64,000 nucleotides of DNA from Pyrinomonadaceae bacterium (lineage in GTDB: Bacteria; Acidobacteriota; Blastocatellia; Pyrinomonadales; Pyrinomonadaceae): contig JBKBYA010000002.1 of the NCBI GenBank assembly GCA_046313635.1, positions 352,001 to 416,000 on the forward strand, in the 5' to 3' direction. A program made the position numbers and the translations under genes. Positions 39,600 to 49,390 of this stretch are shown here, piece after piece. Each line of letters begins with the position of its first letter. Position 1 is the first letter of the stretch. The notes below the pieces were generated by a model, which worked only from the letters and a program-made list of their open reading frames with translations, searched no databases and had not been told where the DNA came from.

Positions 39600-42500
39600 A
39601 TGATGAGTAAAAGACCACTTGCATTCGCGTCGGCCGTGATAGCGCTGATGTGTTTGCTGGCAGTATCGTCCTTCGCGCAGGGCACGACCTCGCGCGTAAC
39701 AGGTACGGTCACAGATACGTCAGGAGCGGCGGTTGCCGGCGTTACCGTCTCGCTGACCAGAGAAGGCGTCGCTACGCCCTTGACGACGCAGACCGGCGAC
39801 GACGGACTCTTCGTCTTCGACCTCGTGCAGCCGGGAACGTACACATTGACATTCGAAAAGGCGGGCTTCAAAAAACTCGTTTCGTCGAATAACCAGGTTC
39901 TCGTCAATCAGCCCGCGACGATCAACGCCGCTCTCGAGGTCGGCAGCGTCGAAGCTGTGGTAAACGTCGAGTCCACCGCCGAACAGGTTCAGACCGGAAC
40001 GTCCGGCAACGTCGGCTCGACCATCGAGCAACGCTCGCTCGAGGCACTGCCGATCGTCGGTTTGCGCGGCCGCAATCCGCTGGATCTGCTCAATTATCAG
40101 CCGGGCGTGGTCGTCGGCGCTAATACCGGAGGCGGCGTCCACGTGAACGGCTCGCGCGATCGCGCATTTAACTTCACGCTCGACGGCATCGACATCAACG
40201 AGTCGACGGCCGGCGGATCTAACTTTACGCCGCTCAGGCCAAATCCCGACTCGGTCCAGGAATTTCAGATCGTGACAAGCAACGCGACCGCGGAGCTCGG
40301 CCGCAGCAGCGGTGCACAGGTTACATTCGTCACGCGATCGGGCACGAACGAGTATCACGGCAACATCTTTGAGTACTACCAGACGCCGGACTTCAACGCG
40401 AACGAATGGGAAAGCAATCTCAACGGCATTCGCCGCCGGCAGTTCGTGCAGCATATCTACGGCTTTAGTCTCGGCGGCCCGGTGCCGACGCTCGGCTTTG
40501 GCGAGGGGACGCCTTTCTTTAAGCCGCTGCGCGACAAGGCATTCTTCTTTATCAACTACCAGCGGCTTTACGCGACGGAGAGCAGGCTGGTGCAGCGAAC
40601 CGTTTACACGGACCTCGCGCGTCAGGGGATCTTTCGCTATGTAGTCGGACAGCGAAATTCGCCCGCGGGCTCCGGCGCGACCGCGTCGGTCGACGCGGCC
40701 GGCAACCCGCTTTATCCGGCGTGCAGTTCAACCGTGACGACCAACTGCATCCGTACCTACGACGCGCGTACGGGCCCGATCAGTTTTGACCCGCTCGTCT
40801 CCGGGATCATCCGAAGCTACCCGCTGCCGAATGATTTCTCGCGGGGCGACGGTCTGAACATCGCGGGCTATAACTTCAACGCTCCGCAGCTCGAGAAGCA
40901 GTGGGACCTCGTGATGCGCTTTGACTACGCGATCAACAGCAAGAATCACGTCTATTTCCGCTACGCAGAGGGCGAGCAGAATACGATCGGCGACTCCGCC
41001 AACGGCGGCCTCCAAGCGTTTCCGGGCTTTCCGAATCTGGTCGACACTTTCCGGCGGCCCAAGAACTACGCGCTCAACTACCGCTGGTCGCCGACCGCCA
41101 AGTTCACCAACGAGGCGATCTTTGGCCTCAGCCGTTTCCGATTCAAATTCGCAACGCCGGAAGTTCACCCCGAAGTTCCGTTCGTGCTGAACACGATCAA
41201 CGACGCGTACACAAACTTTGCCTACAACGCACGCGCGGCGCGGACGTTCCAGTTCGTCGACAACGTGACGATGGACTTTTCGCCGCACATCATCAAGGCG
41301 GGCATCAACTTCCGTTTCGGCCGTCAGTTTGACGACCGCTCGAGCGCGGGCGGTTCGATCGAGCCGGCGGTCGGATTCGGTGCCGGGTCGAGCGATTTCT
41401 CGGCATGGGCGCTGCCGACCGCGGGGTCGACCTCGATCAACTCTACCGACCTGACAAATCTGCGTTCGCTGATAAACAACATGATCGGCCGCATCGGCAG
41501 CTACAGCCAGGGATTTGTCGTGGACCCGAGGAACCCGAACGCGTGGGCGCCGGCCGGCACGCGCTGGAATTGGTACGCCTACTATCCTGAATACGACTTT
41601 TACGTTCAGGACACGTGGCGGCTCAAGCCGAATTTTGTTCTGGATCTCGGACTGCGATACGAGGTGAAGCTCAGTCCTTCGTCCAAAGACCTTCCGATCC
41701 TCAGAGCGAATCAAAACTTCGTGATCGGAGCTCCCCCGTCGAACACGCTTCGTTGGGAAGAGGGCAAGATCTTCCCGAACGACTTTAACAACTTCGGTCC
41801 ATCGGTCGGTTTTGCGTGGGACCCGTTCAAGAACGGCAAGACCTCGATCAGGGCGAATTATCGCCTTTCGTACGACCGATTCCCGTCGCAGGTGTTTGCC
41901 AACAGCATCTTCCAAAGCGCGCCGGGCAACACTTTTTCGGCGTCGGCGAGCGGCATCGCGCAGCAGAACCTTTTGCTGCGAAACGGCCTGCCGAATCTTT
42001 TCCCGTCGCAGACTCCCGACCAGCTCCGGCAGCCGCCGGCATTCTCGACGAGCAGCATCACGGTGGTCGCTCCTGACACGCAGTACCCCGAGATCCATCA
42101 GTGGTTCGCGGGCATCCAGCGAGAGATCTGGGGCGGCAACGTGGTCGAGGTCGACTATATCGGCAAAAAGGGACTTCACCTTTTTGGCGGGTATGACGCG
42201 AACCAGGTCAACATCTTCGCTTCAGACCCGCGCTGCCCGGGACAGACCTTTCTGGACGCGTTCATTCTTGCTCGCAATGACACGTCTTCAAGCCCTTGCC
42301 TGATCAATCTGCTCTTCACAGGCAGTCCGACCAACACCGCGGGGACGACGACATTCCGCGGGATCGCAGCGATCCAGTCGACGCTCGCCCTGACAAACAC
42401 TGGCGGCAGCGTCGCGACGGCGGCGCAGGTCGTCTCGCAGCGGACCTCAGGCACCAGCCAGATGATCGCCACGACGATCGGCAATCCGTTCTTTTTCCAG

Positions 42501-43322
42501 AAGTACCCGCAGTTCACCGGTGCGCTCAATGTGCTCGACAGTAACGACTACTCGTTCTATAACGGGCTCGAGTTCATCATCAAACGGCGTATGAAGAACG
42601 GCTTCGGGTATCAGGTCGGCTACACGTGGTCGGTCTCTAAAGACACGCGTTCATTCGACCCCACATTCACTATCGTGTCGAGAGCGAACGCCCAATCCGC
42701 GTCAAGCACGCCCTTCGACATCAACAATCGAGACCTCAACTATGCGTGGTCCGATTTCGATCGTCGTCACGTGCTTGTCGGGACGTACGTCTTCGAACTG
42801 CCTTTCGGCCGCGGCCGCAAATTCGCGTCCGACGTTCCGAAAGCTCTCGATTGGATCATCGGCGGCTGGCAGATCGCCGGTACTTACCTCTGGGGTTCGG
42901 GGCGGCCGTTCACGGTCTACTCGGGTCTCAATACTTTCAGCAACGTCAATCAATCGTTCGCTAACTGCAGCAGCTGTCCGCGCGATCTGGGCAGGCTGGT
43001 GGAACGCAACGGCGTCTGGTACTGGTTCTCAGAAGCAGATCAGGCGAAGTTCAGCCAGCCGGCTCCGGGCGAGCTCGGCAATACGGGCCGCAACTACTTC
43101 ATCGGTCCGCGATCGTTCCAGACCGACATGTCGCTCTCGAAAAAATTCCGCTTTACCGAAAGCATGAATTTGGAGCTCCGTGTGGACGCCAAAAACCTGA
43201 CTAACAACGCTTCGTTCGGGCTGCCGACGGCGACCTTTAACTCGACGGTCTTTGGCCGGATCAGGGACAGCGTGACGAGTTTTGCACGACGCGTGCAGAT
43301 CTCGGGCAAGTTCAACTTCTGA
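39600..43322 (+). CDS. TonB-dependent receptor (Oar-like, N-terminal carboxypeptidase regulatory-like domain)
   Basis: GGAGGAG SD; signal peptide; GTVTDTSGA.VAG; NFTLDGID.N; TRSGTNEYHG; C-terminal GKFNF. Confidence 0.93.
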   Translation: MMSKRPLAFASAVIALMCLLAVSSFAQGTTSRVTGTVTDTSGAAVAGVTVSLTREGVATPLTTQTGDDGLFVFDLVQPGTYTLTFEKAGFKKLVSSNNQVLVNQPATINAALEVGSVEAVVNVESTAEQVQTGTSGNVGSTIEQRSLEALPIVGLRGRNPLDLLNYQPGVVVGANTGGGVHVNGSRDRAFNFTLDGIDINESTAGGSNFTPLRPNPDSVQEFQIVTSNATAELGRSSGAQVTFVTRSGTNEYHGNIFEYYQTPDFNANEWESNLNGIRRRQFVQHIYGFSLGGPVPTLGFGEGTPFFKPLRDKAFFFINYQRLYATESRLVQRTVYTDLARQGIFRYVVGQRNSPAGSGATASVDAAGNPLYPACSSTVTTNCIRTYDARTGPISFDPLVSGIIRSYPLPNDFSRGDGLNIAGYNFNAPQLEKQWDLVMRFDYAINSKNHVYFRYAEGEQNTIGDSANGGLQAFPGFPNLVDTFRRPKNYALNYRWSPTAKFTNEAIFGLSRFRFKFATPEVHPEVPFVLNTINDAYTNFAYNARAARTFQFVDNVTMDFSPHIIKAGINFRFGRQFDDRSSAGGSIEPAVGFGAGSSDFSAWALPTAGSTSINSTDLTNLRSLINNMIGRIGSYSQGFVVDPRNPNAWAPAGTRWNWYAYYPEYDFYVQDTWRLKPNFVLDLGLRYEVKLSPSSKDLPILRANQNFVIGAPPSNTLRWEEGKIFPNDFNNFGPSVGFAWDPFKNGKTSIRANYRLSYDRFPSQVFANSIFQSAPGNTFSASASGIAQQNLLLRNGLPNLFPSQTPDQLRQPPAFSTSSITVVAPDTQYPEIHQWFAGIQREIWGGNVVEVDYIGKKGLHLFGGYDANQVNIFASDPRCPGQTFLDAFILARNDTSSSPCLINLLFTGSPTNTAGTTTFRGIAAIQSTLALTNTGGSVATAAQVVSQRTSGTSQMIATTIGNPFFFQKYPQFTGALNVLDSNDYSFYNGLEFIIKRRMKNGFGYQVGYTWSVSKDTRSFDPTFTIVSRANAQSASSTPFDINNRDLNYAWSDFDRRHVLVGTYVFELPFGRGRKFASDVPKALDWIIGGWQIAGTYLWGSGRPFTVYSGLNTFSNVNQSFANCSSCPRDLGRLVERNGVWYWFSEADQAKFSQPAPGELGNTGRNYFIGPRSFQTDMSLSKKFRFTESMNLELRVDAKNLTNNASFGLPTATFNSTVFGRIRDSVTSFARRVQISGKFNF

Positions 43323-43345
43323 TCTGAACTGCAAAACTGAACGAT

Positions 43346-43383
43346 GATGCCCGGCCGATAGATTTGGCCGGGCATCTCTTTTT
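43346..43383 (+). terminator. Intrinsic terminator
   Basis: GATGCCCGGCC...GGCCGGGCATC stem followed by TCTTTTT. Confidence 0.85.
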
Positions 43384-43504
43384 GCGTTCAGGCAACGGCG
43401 ATCGCGGCCTGTTCATCTATTGGAACGGATAGAGAGTTGCCTCGCATGGTGCGAGTGAGATCTTTCTGATTCCTCCTGTTTCGTACTAGCCCGTCGAGCT
43501 TTGT

Positions 43505-45301
43505 TCACTCGGCGGGCTTTTTTTGTGAGCTTGCGACCTTTGATCTGACCTGCCGACGGATGCGTCGTCCGTCCCTGCGGGCCTTTTCGGCGAGGGCCGC
43601 CAGTTCGCCGGCTCTCGGCAGCACCGCAAGGGCGCGCAGGACCTGCGGGTCGGTGGCCGCGAGCAGCCGGTCGGCGGCCTCGGGGCCGAGCAATGCGAGG
43701 GAAAGATCGTGCGAGAGCCGCTCGATCACAAACTCCTTGTTTGACCGTGCGCTTGCGGGCGGGACGCCGGGGAAAGCCGCTGTCAGATAACTCTCAAACT
43801 TTTCAAATAACCCTTCGGCCTCGGCCCGGATCGTGTCTGCGGCAGGGGCCGGGCCGGCGCCTGATTGTGCCTGCCGGGCCAGCGTGTCGCGCACGAAAGC
43901 GAAGATCGGATCGATGAGTCGCAGCTGCGCCGCGGTCAGAGCCGGCGGAGCGACGGCTTCGTCCGGCGTGATCCCGTCGCCGCCGAAGAGCCGGCGATTT
44001 GTGAGGCTCCGCGTCTCCTGCCGGACGCTGCGGTCCGATACCTCGTCGCGCTTGTAGTAGTCGTAAAGCCCCGACGTCGAGTAATCGCGCTGGATCGAAC
44101 GTCCAGACGGCGTGTAGTATCGTGCGGTCGTCAACGTCAGGCCGCTCTTTTCGGGCAGATCGAATACGCTCTGGACGAGCCCTTTCCCAAACGTTCGCTG
44201 GCCCACGATCAAAGCACGATCGTTGTCCTGCAGTGCTCCGGCGACGACCTCCGATGCCGACGCGCTCCCTTCGTTGACCAGCACGACCAGCGGCACCGTC
44301 TCGGGCGACCGCGACGCCGACCTCCAGACGCGGTTGTCGAATGGATGGCGTCCGCGTTGGGTGACGACGACCGAGCCCGCGGGCAGAAACTTTTCGGCGA
44401 TCTTGATCGACTCCTCGAGAATGCCGCCGTGATTGTCGCGCAGGTCGATGATCAGCCCCCGCAGACCTTGCCTTTTGAGATCGTCGAGCGCCTTTGAGAA
44501 CTCTCCTGACGTGAGATAGTCAAAACCGCCCGACAGCTCGATATAGCCGACGCCGGTACGCAGCATATAGGCGTCTGCGACCGAATGCTGTTCGACATTT
44601 GCGCGGCGGAGCTCGACCGGAACGGGCCTGCTGAACCCGATCCGCTCGATAACGAGCCGGAGCCGCGACCCCTGTCGGCCGCGCACCTTCTCTCGTACCT
44701 CGTCCGACGTCCGCCCCGACATCGCCTCGCCGTCGACGCTGACTATGCGATCGCCGAAACGCAGCCCGGCCATTCGAGCCGGCGAGCCCGGGACCGTCGC
44801 GAGAATGTACGTCTCGAGCGTACCGTCGCGCTCGTAGCTCGCGATCGTCGCTCCGATGCCCGAATAGAGCCCGTCCTCCTCGGCGAGCAGGTCGGCATAC
44901 TCTTTTTCGTCAAAATACGACGAGTGCGGATCGAGCGCTTCGAGAGAGCCCTGGATCGCCGATCGCATCGCGGCGGCAAGGTCGGGGCGGCCGCCGTAGT
45001 TGTCGGCAATGATGCGCAGGGCGTCGGCAAGCTCGTCTGTGAGCCGCTTTCTGGCCGCGGAACGCTGTTCGTCGGCGGACGACTTATGGGTCCCGCGGCC
45101 GCGGCCGTCGTTTGGCCGCTGCCGTCGCGAGGCAGAGAACGTTTGTCCCGCTGAAAGCGAAAAGTCGGACGCCGAGGTCGCCGCGGACGCTCCCACGCCA
45201 ACCGGAGCGGACGATGTTTGCGCGAGGTTGCCGGCCGCCGAGGCCGCCGCCAATATCGAGGTCGCGATTATCAGGCTGGCCCGCTTTCTCAAGTAACTCA
45301 C
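43505..45301 (-). CDS. S41A carboxyl-terminal processing protease with PDZ domain
   Basis: LDPHSSY, IIDLRDNHGG, SASASEVVAGALQD, TFGKGLVQ, ARYYTPSGRSIQ. Confidence 0.93.
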   Translation of the reverse strand: MSYLRKRASLIIATSILAAASAAGNLAQTSSAPVGVGASAATSASDFSLSAGQTFSASRRQRPNDGRGRGTHKSSADEQRSAARKRLTDELADALRIIADNYGGRPDLAAAMRSAIQGSLEALDPHSSYFDEKEYADLLAEEDGLYSGIGATIASYERDGTLETYILATVPGSPARMAGLRFGDRIVSVDGEAMSGRTSDEVREKVRGRQGSRLRLVIERIGFSRPVPVELRRANVEQHSVADAYMLRTGVGYIELSGGFDYLTSGEFSKALDDLKRQGLRGLIIDLRDNHGGILEESIKIAEKFLPAGSVVVTQRGRHPFDNRVWRSASRSPETVPLVVLVNEGSASASEVVAGALQDNDRALIVGQRTFGKGLVQSVFDLPEKSGLTLTTARYYTPSGRSIQRDYSTSGLYDYYKRDEVSDRSVRQETRSLTNRRLFGGDGITPDEAVAPPALTAAQLRLIDPIFAFVRDTLARQAQSGAGPAPAADTIRAEAEGLFEKFESYLTAAFPGVPPASARSNKEFVIERLSHDLSLALLGPEAADRLLAATDPQVLRALAVLPRAGELAALAEKARRDGRRIRRQVRSKVASSQKKPAE

Positions 45302-45495
45302 GCGAGCGATGTTATCTAATCGCGGAGCGGCAGCGCAACGTTCGGATCACGATTACCGCCCTCGCCTGAAAAGGCTTTGATTTCCGCAGGTCAAAATGTT
45401 TTGATAAATCACACATGGTCATCCAGCCGCCGCGCTGCCGCATCGGCCGCCGCCCTATGCGGCCCTGGCCGGTGCTCCCTGATCGAACAAGAGCT

Positions 45496-46773
45496 ATGTC
45501 GGAAACATTTGACCTTAAGCCTCTCGAAATAGAACAGTACACGCTCTCAAACGGCCTGCGGGTCGTGCTCAACCGCGACGCCGCGGTCCCGGTCGTCGCC
45601 GTGGCTGTGTATTACGACGTCGGCTCGCGTAACGAGCGCGAGGGGCGGACGGGGTTTGCTCACCTCTTCGAACACATGATGTTCCAAGGGTCCGAGAACG
45701 TGCCGAAGGCCGGCCACTTTCAATACATCATGAAGGCCGGCGGCACGATGAACGGCACCACGTCGAGCGAGCGCACCAATTACTACGAGACCCTGCCGGC
45801 CGATCAACTGCCGCTAGCGCTGTGGCTCGAGTCCGACCGCATGCGTTCGCTCGCCGTCACGCAGGAGAATCTCGACAACCAGCGCGAGGCCGTCAAAGAA
45901 GAGAAGCGGCTCCGCTACGACAATCAGCCTTACGGCCAGATCTTTGATCTGCTCGGGTCGATGATCTATAAGAACTTTGCCAACGCACATTCGACCATCG
46001 GCTCGATGGAAGACCTCGACCAGGCGACGGTCGAGGACGTTCAAGAGTTCTTTCGCATCTATTACGCACCGAATAATGCCGTACTCGTGATCTCGGGGGC
46101 CTTTGAGATCGACGAGGCCAAACGACTGGTCGAGACCTATTTCGGCGATATCCCGCCGCAGCCGCTGCCGCCCCCGATCGACGTCACGGAGCCGCCCGAG
46201 GTGGCCGAGCAGTATCGCTGCTGGGAAGACCCGCTCGCACCGCTGCCGGCATTTTTGATCGGCTGGAAGGTCCCGCCGCGTCGCTCTGCCGAGTTCAACG
46301 CGCTCTATCTCGCCGGAAAGATACTCTACGACGGCGACAGTTCGCGGCTCTACCAAAGGCTTGTGAAGGGCGACGAATCGGTGATACAGCTTTTCGGCTT
46401 TACCGACGAGCGGCGAGGTCCGTCGAGCATTTTTATCGGGGCGATCCCAAAGCCCGAGCAGGACCTGAGCAGGATCCGCGATGTGATAATGAGCGAGATC
46501 CGCGATCTCGCGACCAACGGGCCGACGGCCGCCGAGATGGAAAAGGTCGGAAATCAACTCGTGAACGACGTCGTACGAATGCGCCAGTCGTCGATGAACC
46601 GGGCACAGCACATCGCCGAGTTCGCTCTCTACGACGGCGACCCGACGCTCATCAACAGCGAACTCGACGAGCTGCTCGCCGTCACGCCGGACCAGATCCG
46701 CGAAGCCGTCGCAAAGTATCTCAACACCGAGAACCGCGCTCTGCTCGACGTCGTTCCCGCGGGTAAAGGCTGA
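45496..46773 (+). CDS. M16B zinc metallopeptidase, catalytic subunit
   Basis: GFAHLFEHMMF (HxxEH), LWLESDRM, V.EEKR. Confidence 0.95.
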   Translation: MSETFDLKPLEIEQYTLSNGLRVVLNRDAAVPVVAVAVYYDVGSRNEREGRTGFAHLFEHMMFQGSENVPKAGHFQYIMKAGGTMNGTTSSERTNYYETLPADQLPLALWLESDRMRSLAVTQENLDNQREAVKEEKRLRYDNQPYGQIFDLLGSMIYKNFANAHSTIGSMEDLDQATVEDVQEFFRIYYAPNNAVLVISGAFEIDEAKRLVETYFGDIPPQPLPPPIDVTEPPEVAEQYRCWEDPLAPLPAFLIGWKVPPRRSAEFNALYLAGKILYDGDSSRLYQRLVKGDESVIQLFGFTDERRGPSSIFIGAIPKPEQDLSRIRDVIMSEIRDLATNGPTAAEMEKVGNQLVNDVVRMRQSSMNRAQHIAEFALYDGDPTLINSELDELLAVTPDQIREAVAKYLNTENRALLDVVPAGKG

Positions 46774-46777
46774 GAGC

Positions 46778-46805
46778 GAATTGAGAGTTGAGAATTGAAA
46801 ATCGA
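46778..46805. repeat. Heptamer tandem repeat GAATTGA-like x4
   Basis: GAATTGA GAGTTGA GAATTGA AAATCGA. Confidence 0.7.
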
Positions 46806-46950
46806 GAGACGAGAGAGCCCTATGCTTTTTAAAGAAAGGTCCTGAGCATTCGCGCTGCGGGTCGTGGGATCTTTTCAGCATCTCGATCGAAGCGGTGACG
46901 GTACATCGTTCGCATCTTTCATTTCGCCTTTCGTACGAAGACTTAAGATT

Positions 46951-48648
46951 ATGACCGCAACACGACAATCTCCTCCCCAGCCGCTCGCCCCCGTTTCGTT
47001 CCATCTCCCGGAGCCATTCGAGACGAAGCTCGATAACGGTCTGAGGATCGTTATTTTTGAGGACAAACGTCTGCCGCTGGTGAGCTTCAGGCTTGCTTTT
47101 TTCTCCGGCGACGCGGACGATCCGGCCGAGGTCTCGGGACTCACGTCGGCAATGGCGTCGCTGCTGAACGAAGGCACGCTCAACCGTACGAGCAAGCAGC
47201 TCGCCGAGGAGGTCGAGCGGCTCGGAGCTAACCTCTCGGCGCACGCCTCCGATGATTTTACGATCGTCGCGGCCTCGTCGCTCTCGCTCTACAGCTCTGC
47301 GATCCTTGAGCTGATGGCCGAGGTCACGCTGCGGCCGGTCTTTCCGGAGAACGAGCTCGACCTATACAAGCGCAATACGATCGAGAACCTGAAGTTCCAG
47401 CGCTCGCAGCCCAACTTCCTGGCAAACGAGCAGGCGTCGCGGCTGCTGTTTGGCGAGCATCCCTACTCGCGAGTCGCGCCCCGGCCCGAGCACGTCGAGC
47501 GGTTTACGCGCGAGGCCCTTTTGGCACTGCATGCGAAGGTCATGGCACCGAACAACGCCGTCTTTGTCGTGGTCGGAGATGTCGAGCGCGATGCCTTTCT
47601 AGGCGAGGTCAACGATCTCTTTGGCGGATGGAAGGCCGGCGACTACAAGGCCCCGGAGTTTCCGGACTTTCCAAAGCGGGCGGGCCGCACGCTCACGATC
47701 GTCGACCGCCCCGGTTCGGCGCAGACCAATATCGTCATCGGCAACCTCGGCATCGCGCGTTCCGACCCGGACTATTTTCCCGTCATAGTGATGAATCAGG
47801 TGCTCGGGGCCGGAGCTTCGTCGCGCGTCTTCATGAACCTTCGCGAAGAGAAGGGCTACACCTACGGAGCCTACACGCGTTTTGACACGCGGCGGCTTGG
47901 CGGCAGCTTCGAGGCGACGGCCGAGGTGAGGACGGCCGTCACCGGCGACTCGCTCAAGGAGCTTTTTTACGAGCTCGAGCGCATCCGCAGCGAGCGTGTC
48001 TCTGACGAAGAGCTGCGCGACGCCAAGAATTTTTTGACCGGCGTATTCCCGATCCGCGCAGAGACGCAGGAAGGGCTGACCAACCTGATCGTCAACCAGC
48101 AGCTTTACGATCTGCCCGCCGACTACCTGCAGACGTATCGCGAGCACATCGAAAAGGTGTCGGCCGACGACGTCCTCGCCGCGGCGCAAAAATACGTGAG
48201 GCCTGCCGAGGCGGCGATCGTGCTCGTCGGCGACGCGGCCGAGATATTGCCGCAGGCCGCGAGCTACTCGGAGGCCGTCGAGATATTTGATACCGACGGC
48301 CGGCCGCGCGAACTATCGAATTATGTCGGTTCCGACCGATCGCCCGCCGCTGATGTGGCCGGCGAATGGAAGCTCGAGATCGACTTTCAGGGGCAGAGCA
48401 TTCCGGTCGCGCTCAAGCTCGAGTCGGACGGCGATCGTTTGCACGGTTCGATCTCGACGATGCTCGGCGACGGCCGCATCGAGGAAGCGAAGGTACGCGG
48501 AAATCGGCTGTCGGCGACCGCGATCGCCGAGTTTCAAGGGCAGCCGCTTGAGCTCGCGATCAGCGCGTCCGTCGACGGCGAGACGATGAAGGGGACGATC
48601 ACCGCGCCGATCAGCCCGGAGCCGCTCAGCTTTTCGGGTTCGCGGTGA
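46951..48648 (+). CDS. M16B non-catalytic partner subunit with extra C-terminal beta domain
   Basis: LDNGLRI; SSRVFMNLREEKGYTYG (R/Y pair); no HxxEH. Confidence 0.9.
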   Translation: MTATRQSPPQPLAPVSFHLPEPFETKLDNGLRIVIFEDKRLPLVSFRLAFFSGDADDPAEVSGLTSAMASLLNEGTLNRTSKQLAEEVERLGANLSAHASDDFTIVAASSLSLYSSAILELMAEVTLRPVFPENELDLYKRNTIENLKFQRSQPNFLANEQASRLLFGEHPYSRVAPRPEHVERFTREALLALHAKVMAPNNAVFVVVGDVERDAFLGEVNDLFGGWKAGDYKAPEFPDFPKRAGRTLTIVDRPGSAQTNIVIGNLGIARSDPDYFPVIVMNQVLGAGASSRVFMNLREEKGYTYGAYTRFDTRRLGGSFEATAEVRTAVTGDSLKELFYELERIRSERVSDEELRDAKNFLTGVFPIRAETQEGLTNLIVNQQLYDLPADYLQTYREHIEKVSADDVLAAAQKYVRPAEAAIVLVGDAAEILPQAASYSEAVEIFDTDGRPRELSNYVGSDRSPAADVAGEWKLEIDFQGQSIPVALKLESDGDRLHGSISTMLGDGRIEEAKVRGNRLSATAIAEFQGQPLELAISASVDGETMKGTITAPISPEPLSFSGSR

Positions 48649-48675
48649 GATCAAATTAAAAGGCTGGATCTATGA

Positions 48676-48705
48676 GGGGCTGCCTGAAAAGGCAGTCTCG
48701 TTTTT
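48676..48705 (+). terminator. GAAA-loop hairpin terminator (repeat family copy 4)
   Basis: GGGGCTGCCT-GAAA-AGGCAGTCTC-GTTTTT. Confidence 0.75.
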
Positions 48706-48784
48706 GTTCGCGGTAGAGCGTCGCCCGCGCGGGACTTGGGCTAGCCGCCGAGAACACGGCGCTCGAACGAGAATCAACCTCTCT

Positions 48785-48942
48785 GGGCTCCGCCCGCCTA
48801 TTTGCGGAAAAGCTCTGCTTTTCCGAGCCGCTCTCCGCCAGCTCTCCGGCGGCGGGGCCGCCGTGGGAGGCGGAGCCTCAATAATGTTTGCGGGCAGCCG
48901 ACGGAAAATCGGAGCTTTTCCGCAAATATATCGGCGGAGCCG
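48785..48942. repeat. REP/REPIN-like inverted doublet (CGGAAAAGC-NNN-GCTTTTCCG family), copy 1
   Basis: ~41-bp imperfect terminal inverted arms, each itself a hairpin; same arms at 55499-55659. Confidence 0.8.
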
Positions 48943-48969
48943 AGAGAGCAAGATCAGCGACGGGGTTTT

Positions 48970-49212
48970 TCAGAGTTGGAGAGAGACGAGGCGTTCCGCG
49001 CGGTTTGCACGGTCGCACATCAGGAGATAAACGCCCTCGTGCCGCTCGCCTTCGTGCGACCAGTCGTACCCGATATCGAGGCACTGCCCGCCGGAGCGAA
49101 GCGTGACGACCAGATCCGAGCGCGATTCAAAAAATGGGTTCGGCGGCAAATATAGCCGGCTGCGGCCGGTCCATTCGCCGGCGAGCTTTGCGAGATCGGG
49201 GTGAACGCTCAT
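48970..49212 (-). pseudogene. Truncated DUF1579-like gene
   Basis: L..L.GEW.G..RL...S.S.......GQ.L.I.YDW.HEG..HEG matches the N-terminal half of the family; stops at 80 aa beside the REP doublet. Confidence 0.5.
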
Positions 49213-49254
49213 AGACGTTATTGAATTTCGCCGCGAGCGTAGCACGTAACCGCG

Positions 49255-49291
49255 AAAAAAAAAAGACGCCGGTCGAACGGACGGCGTCTTT
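49255..49291 (-). terminator. Intrinsic terminator of the SWIM-Rad52 transcript
   Basis: Minus strand AAAGACGCCG-TCCGTTCGAC-CGGCGTC followed by T10. Confidence 0.85.
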
Positions 49292-49305
49292 GCTCTTGAG
49301 TTGGA

Positions 49306-49377
49306 GTTTTGGGCCATGAGTGAGGTGATCGCTGCACCATGGAGAATGCAGGAGACGGGTTCGTCACGGCCCAAAAC
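49306..49377 (-). ncRNA. Candidate structured 3' UTR element/sRNA
   Basis: 14-bp closing stem GTTTTGGGCCGTGA/TCATGGCCCAAAAC enclosing a CTGCA..TGCAG hairpin and several CTCC motifs. Confidence 0.35.
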
Positions 49378-49390
49378 GTGAATTGAGCTT

